Source: Pseudomonadota bacterium
GTDB lineage: Bacteria > Desulfobacterota > Desulfobacteria > Desulfobacterales > RPRI01
DNA: 64,000 nt
Reading direction: 5' to 3'
Assembly: GCA_043825875.1 (NCBI GenBank)
Contig: JBDRRF010000041.1
Span: forward strand, 1-64,000
Part shown: piece by piece, positions 1-9,448 of the stretch
Layout of the letters: each line of letters begins with the position of its first letter
Numbering within the stretch: position 1 is the first letter of the stretch
The notes under the pieces: model-generated
What the model was told of the DNA's origin: nothing
Database searches by the model: none
Seen by the model: only the letters and a program-made list of their open reading frames with translations
Position numbers and translations under genes: made by a program

Positions 1-141
1 CACTTTCAAAACGTTTCAGTTTGGTCAAGCTCAAGGCGGGAGAAAATTTCAACCACAGGAATACATTTAGTATTTCGAGGATTGAAATTTGAGCCCAACG
101 CTTAAGATCGGCCAAAATGGGGCGTTTTGAAACTGGCTCAA
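1..141. mobile_element. MITE-like palindromic element, copy A (left end cut by window edge)
   Basis: Reverse complement of 7562-7709 except one substitution and one small ag/tta change; ends in CGTTTTGAAACTGGCTCAA. Confidence 0.85.
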
Positions 142-153
142 TGGAGTGGTATT

Positions 154-822
154 ATGATAGTAGGAAAACAAAAATCTATCGCTGAAATCAAGGAAATCAT
201 TTCTCCATACCAAAAGGTGCTCATTCTTGGCTGTGGCACCTGCGTAAAAACCTGCTTCGCAGGAGGAGAAGACGAGGTGGCAACTTTATCTTCAGCTTTA
301 CGTCTTGCAAACAGAAAAGAAGGCAAAGATATTTATATTGAAGAATTAACTGTTGAAAGGCAATGCGAAGATGAATTTATTCAGGAAGCAGCAATCGCTG
401 TTTCGAAAAACTCAGCCGTTTTGTCTTTAGCTTGCGGTGCTGGCGTTCAGGCAATTGCAAGGCGTTTTGAGGATGTCCCTGTATTGCCCGGTGTTAATAC
501 GACATTTATCGGAGTTCTTGAAAAACAGGGACTTTTTACTGAAGAATGCCTTGGATGTGGCGATTGCAAGCTTGCTGTTTTCGGCGGAATATGTCCTGTT
601 ACAAGATGTGCAAAAAAACTCCAGAACGGCCCTTGCGGCGGTTCCCAGAATGGCATATGCGAGGTCAATCCTGATACTGAATGTGCATGGCAACAGATAA
701 TAACACGACTTGGTAATCTGGGGCAGCTTGACAATTTAAAAAAATATAATCCACCAAAAGACTGGCGTACCAGTCATGCTGGCGGGCCCAGAAAATTAGT
801 AAGAGAGGATCATATTATATGA
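154..822 (+). CDS. metV: Methylenetetrahydrofolate reductase small Fe-S/Zn subunit (MetV)
   Basis: Cys motifs GCGTC, RQCE, ACGAG, CLGCGDC, CPVTRC, NGPCGG, CAW; overlaps metF; start moved to ATG 154 (GGAG RBS) because the TTG at 127 lies inside the MITE. Confidence 0.9.
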   Translation: MIVGKQKSIAEIKEIISPYQKVLILGCGTCVKTCFAGGEDEVATLSSALRLANRKEGKDIYIEELTVERQCEDEFIQEAAIAVSKNSAVLSLACGAGVQAIARRFEDVPVLPGVNTTFIGVLEKQGLFTEECLGCGDCKLAVFGGICPVTRCAKKLQNGPCGGSQNGICEVNPDTECAWQQIITRLGNLGQLDNLKKYNPPKDWRTSHAGGPRKLVREDHII

Positions 823-1751
823 AGAGTGAATCGCTAAGCAATCTACAGAGTATTTTGGATAAAGGAGAGTTTGCCGTAACTTCAGAGTGTGGGCCACCCC
901 GCGGAACTGATCCTGAAATAATCCGAAAAAAAGGCGAACTGCTTAAAGGGTATGTAGATGCAGTAAATGTAACGGATAACCAGACGGCTATTGTAAGAAT
1001 GTCCAGCATTGCAGCCTGTACACATCTTGTGCAGATGGGGCTTGAACCTGTCATGCAAATGGTTACGCGCGACCGCAACAGAATTGCGCTGCAATCGGAT
1101 ATACTGGGTGCTTACTCTTTGGGGATAAAAAATATTCTCTGCCTTTCAGGTGATCATCAAACATTTGGCAGCCAGCCTGACGCTATGAATGTTTTCGATA
1201 TAGATTCTATGAACCTTGTTAATATGGTAAAAACCATGAAAACGGAAGGAAAGGATATGAGCGGATTTGATTTAAAAAGTCCGCCAAAGATGTTTATTGG
1301 CGCTGCTGCCAATCCTTTTGCCGATCCGTTTGAATACCGCATAATCCGGCTGGCCAAGAAAATCGATGCAGGTGCTGATTTTATTCAAACCCAATGTGTT
1401 TATAATCTGGACCGTTTCAAACAATGGATGCATCTTGCCCATGAGGAGGGGCTTACAGAAAAAACACATATTTTGGCAGGAGTAACCCCTTTAAAATCTG
1501 AAAGAATGGCTAACTATATGGCTACCAAAGTGGCTGGAATGGATGTTCCCGAATCCCTGATTAAACGCATGGGGAGTGTGCCAAAGGAAAAAGCGGCCGA
1601 AGAGGGCATCAAAATTTGCGTGGAAACTATTGCTAAGTTGCGCGAGATAAAAGGAGTGCACGGTGTCCACATTATGGCTATAGAATGGGAAGAAAAAGTC
1701 GGCCCGATAGTTGAGGCAGCCGGTCTTTCACCCAGGCCGCAAGCAGTTTAG
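819..1751 (+). CDS. metF: 5,10-methylenetetrahydrofolate reductase
   Basis: Motifs TSECGPP, NVTDNQ, RDRNRIALQS, LSGDH, KKIDAGADFIQTQ, GVHIMA. Confidence 0.93.
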   Translation: MKSESLSNLQSILDKGEFAVTSECGPPRGTDPEIIRKKGELLKGYVDAVNVTDNQTAIVRMSSIAACTHLVQMGLEPVMQMVTRDRNRIALQSDILGAYSLGIKNILCLSGDHQTFGSQPDAMNVFDIDSMNLVNMVKTMKTEGKDMSGFDLKSPPKMFIGAAANPFADPFEYRIIRLAKKIDAGADFIQTQCVYNLDRFKQWMHLAHEEGLTEKTHILAGVTPLKSERMANYMATKVAGMDVPESLIKRMGSVPKEKAAEEGIKICVETIAKLREIKGVHGVHIMAIEWEEKVGPIVEAAGLSPRPQAV

Positions 1752-1764
1752 CCAGGAGGACGGT

Positions 1765-3174
1765 ATGCCAAAAAAATATCACGTTCCAGTCAAGACGGCA
1801 ATTCCACGATTCAACCCGGTTGGTAAATATACTACTGTTGAATTCAGGGAGGATTGTGCAGGAAGTTGCCGCAAATGCGTAAAAAAAGCATGTGTATACG
1901 ATATTTTTAAAGATAATTATAAACATATTGCTTTAATGGAAGAACCTGAATATCTGTATGCCTGCCAGAGCTGTTTCCGTTGTGTGCAGGAATGCACCAA
2001 GGGAATATTTTCGCGGGTAATAAATCCTGATTACCGCTCATTGGGAGATGATTACTGGCACTCTGATATTATTCATCGCACATGGTATCAGGCACATACA
2101 GGTAAAATTCCTGTTTCGGGAGCAGGCTATCGGGGCCCTTTTGTAGGAGAGGGCTTTGACTCAATGTGGACGGATATGTCGGAGATTGTACGGCCTACAA
2201 GAGACGGCATTCATGGCAGAGAGTATATCAATACCGGTATTGAGCTCTCCCGCAGAAATTCAAGGCTGAGTTTTGCAAAAGACGGAACTCTTCTAACCAA
2301 AACACTGCCCATTTTTGAAATACCCATACCATTAATTTTAAAACAACCCGATTTCGGAGTATTAAGCGAAAATGTTTTACAGTCTATGGTACAGGCTGCA
2401 TACATTCTGGGCACTATGTTATTAATTGATCCTAAATACTACTCCGAAAACTTCAGGTCATTTGCTCAATGTCTTATACCGACTCTTTCAAAAAAGAATT
2501 ATAGTGATTTTCTTGAGCATGTGCCTGAGATAAGAATGGTAGAACTTGCTTATGAAGAGGAAATAGCAAAAGTAATAGAAGATCTGCGGGCTTCAAAACC
2601 CGGCCTTGTTATCTCTGTTGCTGTTCCCTTAAACCGTGATTCTTCATCGCGAGCCGTTGAACTTGTGGAATATGGAGTCGATACAATTCATTTTTATGCA
2701 AATGAACGGGGTCGGGAATTTGACTCTGAAAACCCCAGATTTTTAAAAGAGATGATCAGAGAGGTTCATCTTGCTCTTGTTGACAAGCAGTTAAGAAACA
2801 AAGTCAACCTGATTTTTTCAGGCGGAATTGCCATGGCGGAACATGTGGCGAAATCCATAATATGCGGAGCCGATGGCGTAGCTGTTGATCTTGTTTTGCT
2901 TATCGCGCTTGAATGCCGCTTATGCCGCCAGTGTGTGAAAGGTGAAACATGCCCGGTAAAAATAGGCAACATAAATCCTGACTGGGGCAAACAGAGAATT
3001 ATTAATCTTGTCGGCGCCTGGCGGAATCAATTGATTGAAGTAATGGGAGCTATGGGTATTCGTGAAGCAAGACGGTTAAGGGGTGAAGTCGGCCGTTCAA
3101 TGTGGTTTGAGGATCTGGAAAAGGAAAGTTTCGGTCCTATTTTCGGAGAAAGAAAAATATCGGGGTTGGTATAA
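1765..3174 (+). CDS. Glutamate synthase FMN-domain-related protein with N-terminal 4Fe-4S ferredoxin domain (degenerate GltB2-like)
   Basis: CAGSCRKCVKKAC and CQSCFRCVQEC; C-terminal SGGI...AKSIICGAD and CRLCRQC...CP; no GEGG or QGAKPG; ATG 1765 follows GGAGGA. Confidence 0.75.
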   Translation: MPKKYHVPVKTAIPRFNPVGKYTTVEFREDCAGSCRKCVKKACVYDIFKDNYKHIALMEEPEYLYACQSCFRCVQECTKGIFSRVINPDYRSLGDDYWHSDIIHRTWYQAHTGKIPVSGAGYRGPFVGEGFDSMWTDMSEIVRPTRDGIHGREYINTGIELSRRNSRLSFAKDGTLLTKTLPIFEIPIPLILKQPDFGVLSENVLQSMVQAAYILGTMLLIDPKYYSENFRSFAQCLIPTLSKKNYSDFLEHVPEIRMVELAYEEEIAKVIEDLRASKPGLVISVAVPLNRDSSSRAVELVEYGVDTIHFYANERGREFDSENPRFLKEMIREVHLALVDKQLRNKVNLIFSGGIAMAEHVAKSIICGADGVAVDLVLLIALECRLCRQCVKGETCPVKIGNINPDWGKQRIINLVGAWRNQLIEVMGAMGIREARRLRGEVGRSMWFEDLEKESFGPIFGERKISGLV

Positions 3175-3177
3175 AAG

Positions 3178-4728
3178 ATGAATAGTGATAATAAAAACAA
3201 TAAACTGCCGGAAACTATAGTCACACCTTCGAGATTTAGAAATACTATCGGCAAGTATACAATAAAAAGAAATTCCAGCTGTATTTCCTGTGGGCTATGC
3301 TCAGAAATCTGCCCTTATGGTGTGCATCCAAGATATGATAATTTCAGCAAACCGCTTCGACCAAAAGACCATAAATGTATAGGATTCAAATGCAAGGAAA
3401 ATGAATTTTATTGCATCGACCGGTGCCCACAACAGGCGCTTACTTTGCGTCTTAACCCTATTTTAGATACGCTTGGTGATTATCGCTGGACTAATGAAAT
3501 GCTGATTGCTCACTGGGAAATGGCTGAAACAGGCAATCTGCCTATAGTTGATCTTGAATACAATCTTGGAAATTCCGGCGGCGGTTTTGATAAAATGCGC
3601 TTTAAACTGCTTGAAGAGGGAAAGTATCTTGATCTGGCTGATGAAGATATGGACACAAGCATTGTTTTAAATAAACGCTCAGACGGACGCCCGGAAATTA
3701 CAATATCAATTCCATGTTACGGCGGAGGGATGTCATATGGTTCAACAGCATTAAATGTTATGGTGGGGCGTGCCAGAGCCGCAAAAATGCTCAACACTCT
3801 AACCTGCACCGGTGAGGGCGGGTATCCGGAAGAATTGGTTCCCTATGCTGATCATGTAATTACACAGATTGCAACCGGTCTGTTTGGTGTGCGTGAAAAA
3901 ACAATTAAGTATGCTCCAATAGTTGAGTTTAAATACGCCCAGGGCGCAAAGCCAGGTTTGGGCGGTCATCTGCTTGGTGAAAAAGTAACGCCTAAAGTTG
4001 CGGCTATGCGGGAAACTGTAGTGGGGAATCCTTTGTTTTCGCCGTTTCCTTTTCATAGTGTTTATTCTATAGAAGATCATCAAAAACATGTTGACTGGGT
4101 CAAGGAAATCAATCCGCGTGTTTTGGTATCGGTCAAAGTATCCACGCCATCTGATGTTGATATGGTTGCGGTAGGAAGTTATTATGCCGGGGCACATATC
4201 GTACATATAGACGGCAGTTATGGCGGAACAGGAGCAGCTCCCGATATTGCAAAGAAAAATATTGCCATGCCGATTGAATATGCAATTCCTAAAGTGCATA
4301 AATTCCTTACTGACGAGGGAGTACGTGATAAAATTTGTCTTATTGCAAGCGGTGGGATAAGAAATGGTATAGATGTAGCAAAGGCAATAGCTCTTGGTGC
4401 TGATGGAGTAGTAATAGGCACGGCAGAACTTGTTGCTTTAGAATGTGTGCGTTGTGGAAACTGTGAAAGCGGCAGGGGTTGCGCCCGAAGTATCGCTACA
4501 ACTGATCCCGAACTTGGAAATATTATAACGGAAGAATGGACCCAAAAACGTATTGTCAATATGTATAGTGTATGGCGCAAACAATGGTGTGAAATATTAA
4601 GGCAATATGGCATGAAAAGCATTCGTGAGCTTGTAGGCCGCAGTGATCTTTTAGTTCATCTTGATTATCTCGAAGAAAGCGAAAGGCAAAAATATCAGCC
4701 TGCGCCTAAGAAAAAACTGGTTATATAG
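3178..4728 (+). CDS. Glutamate synthase FMN-binding subunit (GltB2-type) with N-terminal ferredoxin domain
   Basis: GGMSYGS, TGEGG, QIATGLFG, KYAQGAKPGLGGHL, DGSYGGTGAAP, SGGIR, CVRCGNC; N-terminal CISCGLCSEICP. Confidence 0.88.
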   Translation: MNSDNKNNKLPETIVTPSRFRNTIGKYTIKRNSSCISCGLCSEICPYGVHPRYDNFSKPLRPKDHKCIGFKCKENEFYCIDRCPQQALTLRLNPILDTLGDYRWTNEMLIAHWEMAETGNLPIVDLEYNLGNSGGGFDKMRFKLLEEGKYLDLADEDMDTSIVLNKRSDGRPEITISIPCYGGGMSYGSTALNVMVGRARAAKMLNTLTCTGEGGYPEELVPYADHVITQIATGLFGVREKTIKYAPIVEFKYAQGAKPGLGGHLLGEKVTPKVAAMRETVVGNPLFSPFPFHSVYSIEDHQKHVDWVKEINPRVLVSVKVSTPSDVDMVAVGSYYAGAHIVHIDGSYGGTGAAPDIAKKNIAMPIEYAIPKVHKFLTDEGVRDKICLIASGGIRNGIDVAKAIALGADGVVIGTAELVALECVRCGNCESGRGCARSIATTDPELGNIITEEWTQKRIVNMYSVWRKQWCEILRQYGMKSIRELVGRSDLLVHLDYLEESERQKYQPAPKKKLVI

Positions 4729-4729
4729 A

Positions 4730-4823
4730 AAGGGTTCAAGGATTCGAGGATTCAAGGGGTCGAGGGTTTAAATGATGACAAACATTCACTTGAACCCTTG
4801 GCCCCTTGAATCCTTGAACCCTT
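4730..4823. repeat. Imperfect palindrome of 8-bp units (AAGGRTTC / GAAYCCTT)
   Basis: Five 8-mers on the left arm, four complementary 8-mers on the right arm, intergenic. Confidence 0.8.
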
Positions 4824-4897
4824 AATAAATATAGAAATCTTTAGCCGATTAAAGCTGACATGAAGTAGATGATTTTGTAAAAAGGAAGAATATACCC

Positions 4898-7555
4898 ATG
4901 CATAACAACAGGGAAGCCATAATAAATAAAATACTCGCTGGCCGGGCGAACTTGCCGCAAAGTAATATACCCACAGAAAAACCTGCTGAAGAAGGCGGCT
5001 GCGGGGTTACCGGGTTTATCTGCTCGATTCCGGTCGGCGGCCGTCATATTTTTGAACCTTCATTGCAGATGCATAACCGCGGTAACGGCAAGGGCGGAGG
5101 CATAGCCGCAGTAGGCATTTCCCCGGACAGTATTGGTGTTACCCAGCAAGTTCTTGATACGCATTATATGCTGCAAATCGCACTTCTTGATCCCAAGGCT
5201 CGTCGTGATGTAGAAAAAAGCAATATTGAGCCTTACATGGAAGTTCATAAAGCAGAAAAGATCCCTTCGGTTGATGACTACCGTGATATTCCCGGACTGG
5301 AAGTAAAGCCTCCCGATGTATGGCGCTATTTTGTCAGAGTTAAAACCGATGTTCTTGGTCGCTTTATAGAAGATAAAGGTTTTCAGGATATGGATCCGCA
5401 AAAAGCGGAAGATGAGTTTATCTATCAAAATACTTATAAGCTCAACCAGAAATTTTATTCCTCACTTGGAAAGCAGAGAGCTTTTGTTCTTTCTCATGGC
5501 CGCAACATTATGATCCTTAAAATAGTCGGTTATGCGGAAAAGGTTGCCCAATACTACCTGTTAGATGATTTTAAAGCTCACGGATGGATAGCACACCAGC
5601 GCTTTCCTACAAAAGGCCGGGTATGGCATCCGGGAGGCGCTCATCCTTTTATCGGACTGGATGAAGCACTTGTCCACAACGGTGACTTTGCAAACTATCA
5701 TGCAGTAAGTGAATATCTGAAACAAAATAATATCTTTCCCCAGTTTCTTACAGACACCGAAGTTTCGGTTCTTATGCTGGATTTATTAAACAGAACATTT
5801 GAATATCCGATGGAATATATTATTGAGGCTCTGGCGCCAACCTCCGAATATGATTTTGACCGCTTACCTGCCGAAAAGCAGCATATATACAGATATATTC
5901 AGTCCAATCATATTTTTAATTCACCGGATGGTCCGTGGTTTTTTATTATTGCCCGCAATGATTTTTATAATAATCAACTTCAGCTGTTAGGCATTACAGA
6001 TACGGCCATGCTACGTCCTCAGGTTTTTGCCCTGCAGGAAGGAGAAGTACAGATAGGACTCATTTGCTCGGAAAAACAAGCTATAGACGCAACACTTCAA
6101 AGCCTTGCAGCCGAGGACAGCCGTTTCTGCCCGATTGCCGATAAATACTGGAATGCGCGCGGCGGAAGCGCCACCGACGGCGGATCATTTATTTTCACAG
6201 TAAAAGATAAGCAAAATGGTACCGGCGAAAAAGAACTTGTGTGCACCAACAAATTTGGGGAAACAGTCGAGATTCCGAAAGATAAAACATCCTGTGATAT
6301 GACTGTAGATATTTCATCTCATGCGGATGCAAAAGAAATTTCAAAAGAAATTGAAAATATTTTTTCAACAAAAGACGCTGCCGGTGCTGCCGCTTATGTG
6401 ATAGCAAATATCGCTTCCTGGGATTATGAAAAATTGAGAATTGCCTGCCATGAAATGGTTAAACTTGCAGGTTTAAATGATGATAACGCTTCAAAGGCAA
6501 TATATGTGTTAACCACACTAAATGATCAGCTTTATCCGGTTGGTATAAAGAAACGCAGTTGGGTGCTTAATATAATAAGAAATAACCTTACTCTTATTTT
6601 TAAAGCGGTAAAGAATTTGGATAGTAAAGATTCCGGCATTTACCGCCACATAGACTGGGATACCCGCTTATCAATTCGGGCACCCAAAGCTGAAGAGAAA
6701 ATCCTGATAATAAATGCAAGAGATTTCACGCCTGAAGGCGATGATTGTGATGCAAGGCTTATATGTGCGGCATATGAGCTTGGCTGGAAACAATTTATCT
6801 GCTACGGCTATAAGGGCCAGAGATTTACAGGATGCGGCTTGAGTGATGGCGCAGATGGTGTAAGAATTGATGTGTACGACAGCTCCGGCGACTATCTTGC
6901 TTCAGGAATAGATGGTCAGGAAATATATGTGCACGATAATGCCCAGGATCAATTGGGCCAGATTATGAAAAGAGGAAAGCTTGTTGTTTACGGTGATGTA
7001 GGACAAACTTTCATGTATGGAGCAAAAGGGGGAAATGTATTTGTTCGCGGCAATGCGGCAGGGCGTCCCCTTATAAACGCAGTAGGTTCCCCAAGGGTAG
7101 TAATTAACGGAACATGTCTGGATTACCTGGCAGAATCTTTCATGGCCGGTGACGCTTTAAACGGCGGAGGTTTTGTTATTATAAACGGTCTTGAGTTTGA
7201 TGAAGACGGAAATGCCAAAACATTGGAAAACCCTTATCCGGGTTCAAACCTGTTTTCTCTTGCATCCGGCGGAGCAATATATATCAGGGATCCTTTTAAT
7301 AACCTGGTAAATGAACAGCTAAACGGCGGTGAATATGTCGATCTTAGCCCTGCCGATTGGGATCTTATAAAGCCGTATCTGGAAGAAAATGAAAGGCTGT
7401 TCGGAATCTCTGTAGAAAATGATCTTCTTACTATAAACGGTGAAAGAAAAGACTATAGCAAAGTATTCCGCAAAGTCATGGCAGCAAAACTTGATGTACT
7501 CGCTATAGAATCTGTTGCCTCGGAAGAGTATGGCGTGGACTGGGATGAAGAATAG
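4898..7555 (+). CDS. Class II glutamine amidotransferase fused to GXGXG domain (GltB1+GltB3-like)
   Basis: Propeptide then CGVTG Ntn nucleophile, HNRGNGKGGG, AHQRFPT, AHPF, VHNGD, TDTEV; C-terminal GQRFTG, GDYLASG, GDVGQTFMYGAKGG, ASGGAIY. Confidence 0.88.
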   Translation: MHNNREAIINKILAGRANLPQSNIPTEKPAEEGGCGVTGFICSIPVGGRHIFEPSLQMHNRGNGKGGGIAAVGISPDSIGVTQQVLDTHYMLQIALLDPKARRDVEKSNIEPYMEVHKAEKIPSVDDYRDIPGLEVKPPDVWRYFVRVKTDVLGRFIEDKGFQDMDPQKAEDEFIYQNTYKLNQKFYSSLGKQRAFVLSHGRNIMILKIVGYAEKVAQYYLLDDFKAHGWIAHQRFPTKGRVWHPGGAHPFIGLDEALVHNGDFANYHAVSEYLKQNNIFPQFLTDTEVSVLMLDLLNRTFEYPMEYIIEALAPTSEYDFDRLPAEKQHIYRYIQSNHIFNSPDGPWFFIIARNDFYNNQLQLLGITDTAMLRPQVFALQEGEVQIGLICSEKQAIDATLQSLAAEDSRFCPIADKYWNARGGSATDGGSFIFTVKDKQNGTGEKELVCTNKFGETVEIPKDKTSCDMTVDISSHADAKEISKEIENIFSTKDAAGAAAYVIANIASWDYEKLRIACHEMVKLAGLNDDNASKAIYVLTTLNDQLYPVGIKKRSWVLNIIRNNLTLIFKAVKNLDSKDSGIYRHIDWDTRLSIRAPKAEEKILIINARDFTPEGDDCDARLICAAYELGWKQFICYGYKGQRFTGCGLSDGADGVRIDVYDSSGDYLASGIDGQEIYVHDNAQDQLGQIMKRGKLVVYGDVGQTFMYGAKGGNVFVRGNAAGRPLINAVGSPRVVINGTCLDYLAESFMAGDALNGGGFVIINGLEFDEDGNAKTLENPYPGSNLFSLASGGAIYIRDPFNNLVNEQLNGGEYVDLSPADWDLIKPYLEENERLFGISVENDLLTINGERKDYSKVFRKVMAAKLDVLAIESVASEEYGVDWDEE

Positions 7556-7561
7556 CAGATA

Positions 7562-7709
7562 TTTGAGCCAGTTTCAAAACGCCCCATTTTAGCCGATCTC
7601 TGCGTTGGGCTCAAATTTCAATCCTCGAAATACTAAATGTATTCCTGTGGTTGAAATTTTCTCCCGCCTTGAGCTTGACCAAACTGAAACGTTTTGAAAG
7701 TGGCTCAAA
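7562..7709. mobile_element. MITE-like palindromic element, copy B (148 bp)
   Basis: Terminal inverted repeats TTTGAGCCAGTTTCAAAACG / CGTTTTGAAAGTGGCTCAAA with one mismatch; internal stem; near-identical inverted copy at 1-141. Confidence 0.88.
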
Positions 7710-7767
7710 GGGATGATATTTTCGCAAAAATTTATATATACGGTTGCCCCATTCAACAGGAGAAGAC

Positions 7768-8631
7768 TCACTCGCGATCTTTTGCCGCTAAGAGCTTTAA
7801 TCCTTCTGTTTTTTCTAAAAAAAGCTGCATATGGGGATAGGGAATCTCGATACCCGCTTTGTCCAATGCCCGTTTGCCTTTTTCAGTATATTCCCACATA
7901 AGGGTATATTTCAAAAGAGAATCCTCTGTCCAGAAGCGTAGCTCCATATTCACGCTGCTGTCCCCCAGATTCTTAACCAACACCACGGGATCAGGATTGT
8001 CGAGTATTCGCTTGTCACCAGCCAATGTTTTAAGAAGTATTTCCCTGGCCTTTTCAGTGTCTTCTTTATAAGCAATGCCTATGGGTACGCGGATGCGTAT
8101 TTTCGGTGTTAAGGTATAGTTGACCACTCGTTCCTGAACCAATTGCTTATTCGGAACCACAACGGTTTCATTATCAAATGTGGTAAGAACTGTTGTCCTT
8201 AATCTAATTTCAGTAACTGTGGCATGCATATCCCCAATAGAGATCCAGTCTCCGTGTGAGAAGGGACGATCAATAATAATGGCAATTCCGGAAATCAAGT
8301 TTGCAATGGTGTCCTGGGCGGCAAAAGAAATTGCCAGGCCCGCGATACCAAAACCTGCAATCAAGGAAGTGACATTGATGCCCAACTGGTCGGCCACTGT
8401 AAGAAATGCAATCGCGAAAACCGCATACCTCAAAAAGCGGAGTATCAGGCTTTTCGCCTCGAGCGTTATTTTTGTTTTTGATAGGGCAGTGGAGACCATT
8501 CGCCGGAAAATCTTGTTAAGCACCCAAAACACCAAAACTAAAATTCCAGCGCCCAGGATATTCGGCAAGTAAGCGATAATTTGAGTTGAAAGAGATTCTA
8601 AATTCACGGATTGAAAAAAATGCTTTACCAT
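7768..8631 (-). CDS. mscS: Small-conductance mechanosensitive channel family protein
   Basis: Three TM segments, GIAGLAISFAAQDTIANLISG, RPFSHGDWI, VPNK, LGDSSVN, IEIPYP. Confidence 0.9.
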   Translation of the reverse strand: MVKHFFQSVNLESLSTQIIAYLPNILGAGILVLVFWVLNKIFRRMVSTALSKTKITLEAKSLILRFLRYAVFAIAFLTVADQLGINVTSLIAGFGIAGLAISFAAQDTIANLISGIAIIIDRPFSHGDWISIGDMHATVTEIRLRTTVLTTFDNETVVVPNKQLVQERVVNYTLTPKIRIRVPIGIAYKEDTEKAREILLKTLAGDKRILDNPDPVVLVKNLGDSSVNMELRFWTEDSLLKYTLMWEYTEKGKRALDKAGIEIPYPHMQLFLEKTEGLKLLAAKDRE

Positions 8632-8654
8632 ATAACTAACTCCTTTCTGGTTAC

Positions 8655-8823
8655 AAGCTATCTCAAAAAAAAGATCGCGTCCACTGACAAGGCGTGAGGT
8701 GATAAAAATACAGGCAGATAATAAGCTTTATATGATTATGAGTCAATTATCATTTACGAATAGTACAGGCTTATCAAAGGTTTTGCATCAAGCAAATATC
8801 CTGTGGGTTTGGTGAGATATCTT
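8655..8823. repeat. Degenerate MITE-like element
   Basis: Ends AAGCTATCTCA / TGAGATATCTT (10 of 11 complementary); internal CAAGGC, the complement of the GCCTTG seen in the other elements. Confidence 0.4.
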
Positions 8824-9100
8824 GAACAATCATTTTCTGTGGCGAGTTTTGTTTACAACCATGAACTTTAGGAGGTTAGGAGAAATTCAGATTAAAATTT
8901 GAAACCATTTAAAAGCAGATCTTCCTTTTTAAGTTATATCTGAAAATCCTATTGATTTAATTAAGGCGTACTGTTACCTAATTTTACGAATAGTTGCTCA
9001 TTATATAAGTTAATTTGTTTTGGTATTTTTTGGAATAAACAATCCGTTATCTCATTTTATTATTTTACTATTTGAAAAGGATTGAATATGACCGGATATA

Positions 9101-9150
9101 CAAAAAGCCCCAATCTTCAGATAATTGAAGCACGGGGCTTTTGTTTTTTT
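9101..9150. terminator. Hairpin with T tract, possible bidirectional terminator
   Basis: AAAAGCCCC...CTTCA/TGAAG...GGGGCTTTT followed by a T run. Confidence 0.5.
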
Positions 9151-9370
9151 AAATATTGTGAACTATCAAAACTTGGAAGCACAAACTTGTGGTGCCAAGT
9201 TTGCACTTTAAGTTTACGGGGCACGGAATATATGTCTATATCGGAAATCGGAATGCTCATTACTTTTTAAATATAACATTTATTTGTGGCATTTTTAATT
9301 TATTATACATTAAGTTATTTGAGAAAGTATAAAAGTAAAGGGCGTTATCCCGGCACACATAGCAAATAGA

Positions 9371-9417
9371 ATTGTGATTGAATATTATTCACACAGTGAT
9401 ATATATTCAATCACAAT
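9371..9417 (-). terminator. 15-bp perfect inverted repeat downstream of the last gene of the minus-strand cluster
   Basis: ATTGTGATTGAATAT ... ATATTCAATCACAAT, about 30 bp past the SDR stop. Confidence 0.6.
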
Positions 9418-9448
9418 AAACCTTTTAGAGTCTCAAAAATGAAGTAGC

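Noticed and set aside
127..153. ORF-track TTG start for metV
   Set aside because: It lies within the MITE end; ATG 154 has an RBS and gives a typical N-terminus
4730..4823. Possible CRISPR array
   Set aside because: Units are 8 bp with no unique spacers and no cas genes; the same applies to 23831-23954
7589..7901. Short ORFs 7589-7771 and 7713-7901
   Set aside because: They arise from the palindromic element or are antisense to mscS; no protein features
9211..9246. dif-like site (AGTTTAC...TATGTCTATATCGGAA)
   Set aside because: Arm spacing does not fit a 28-bp dif site without assuming an insertion
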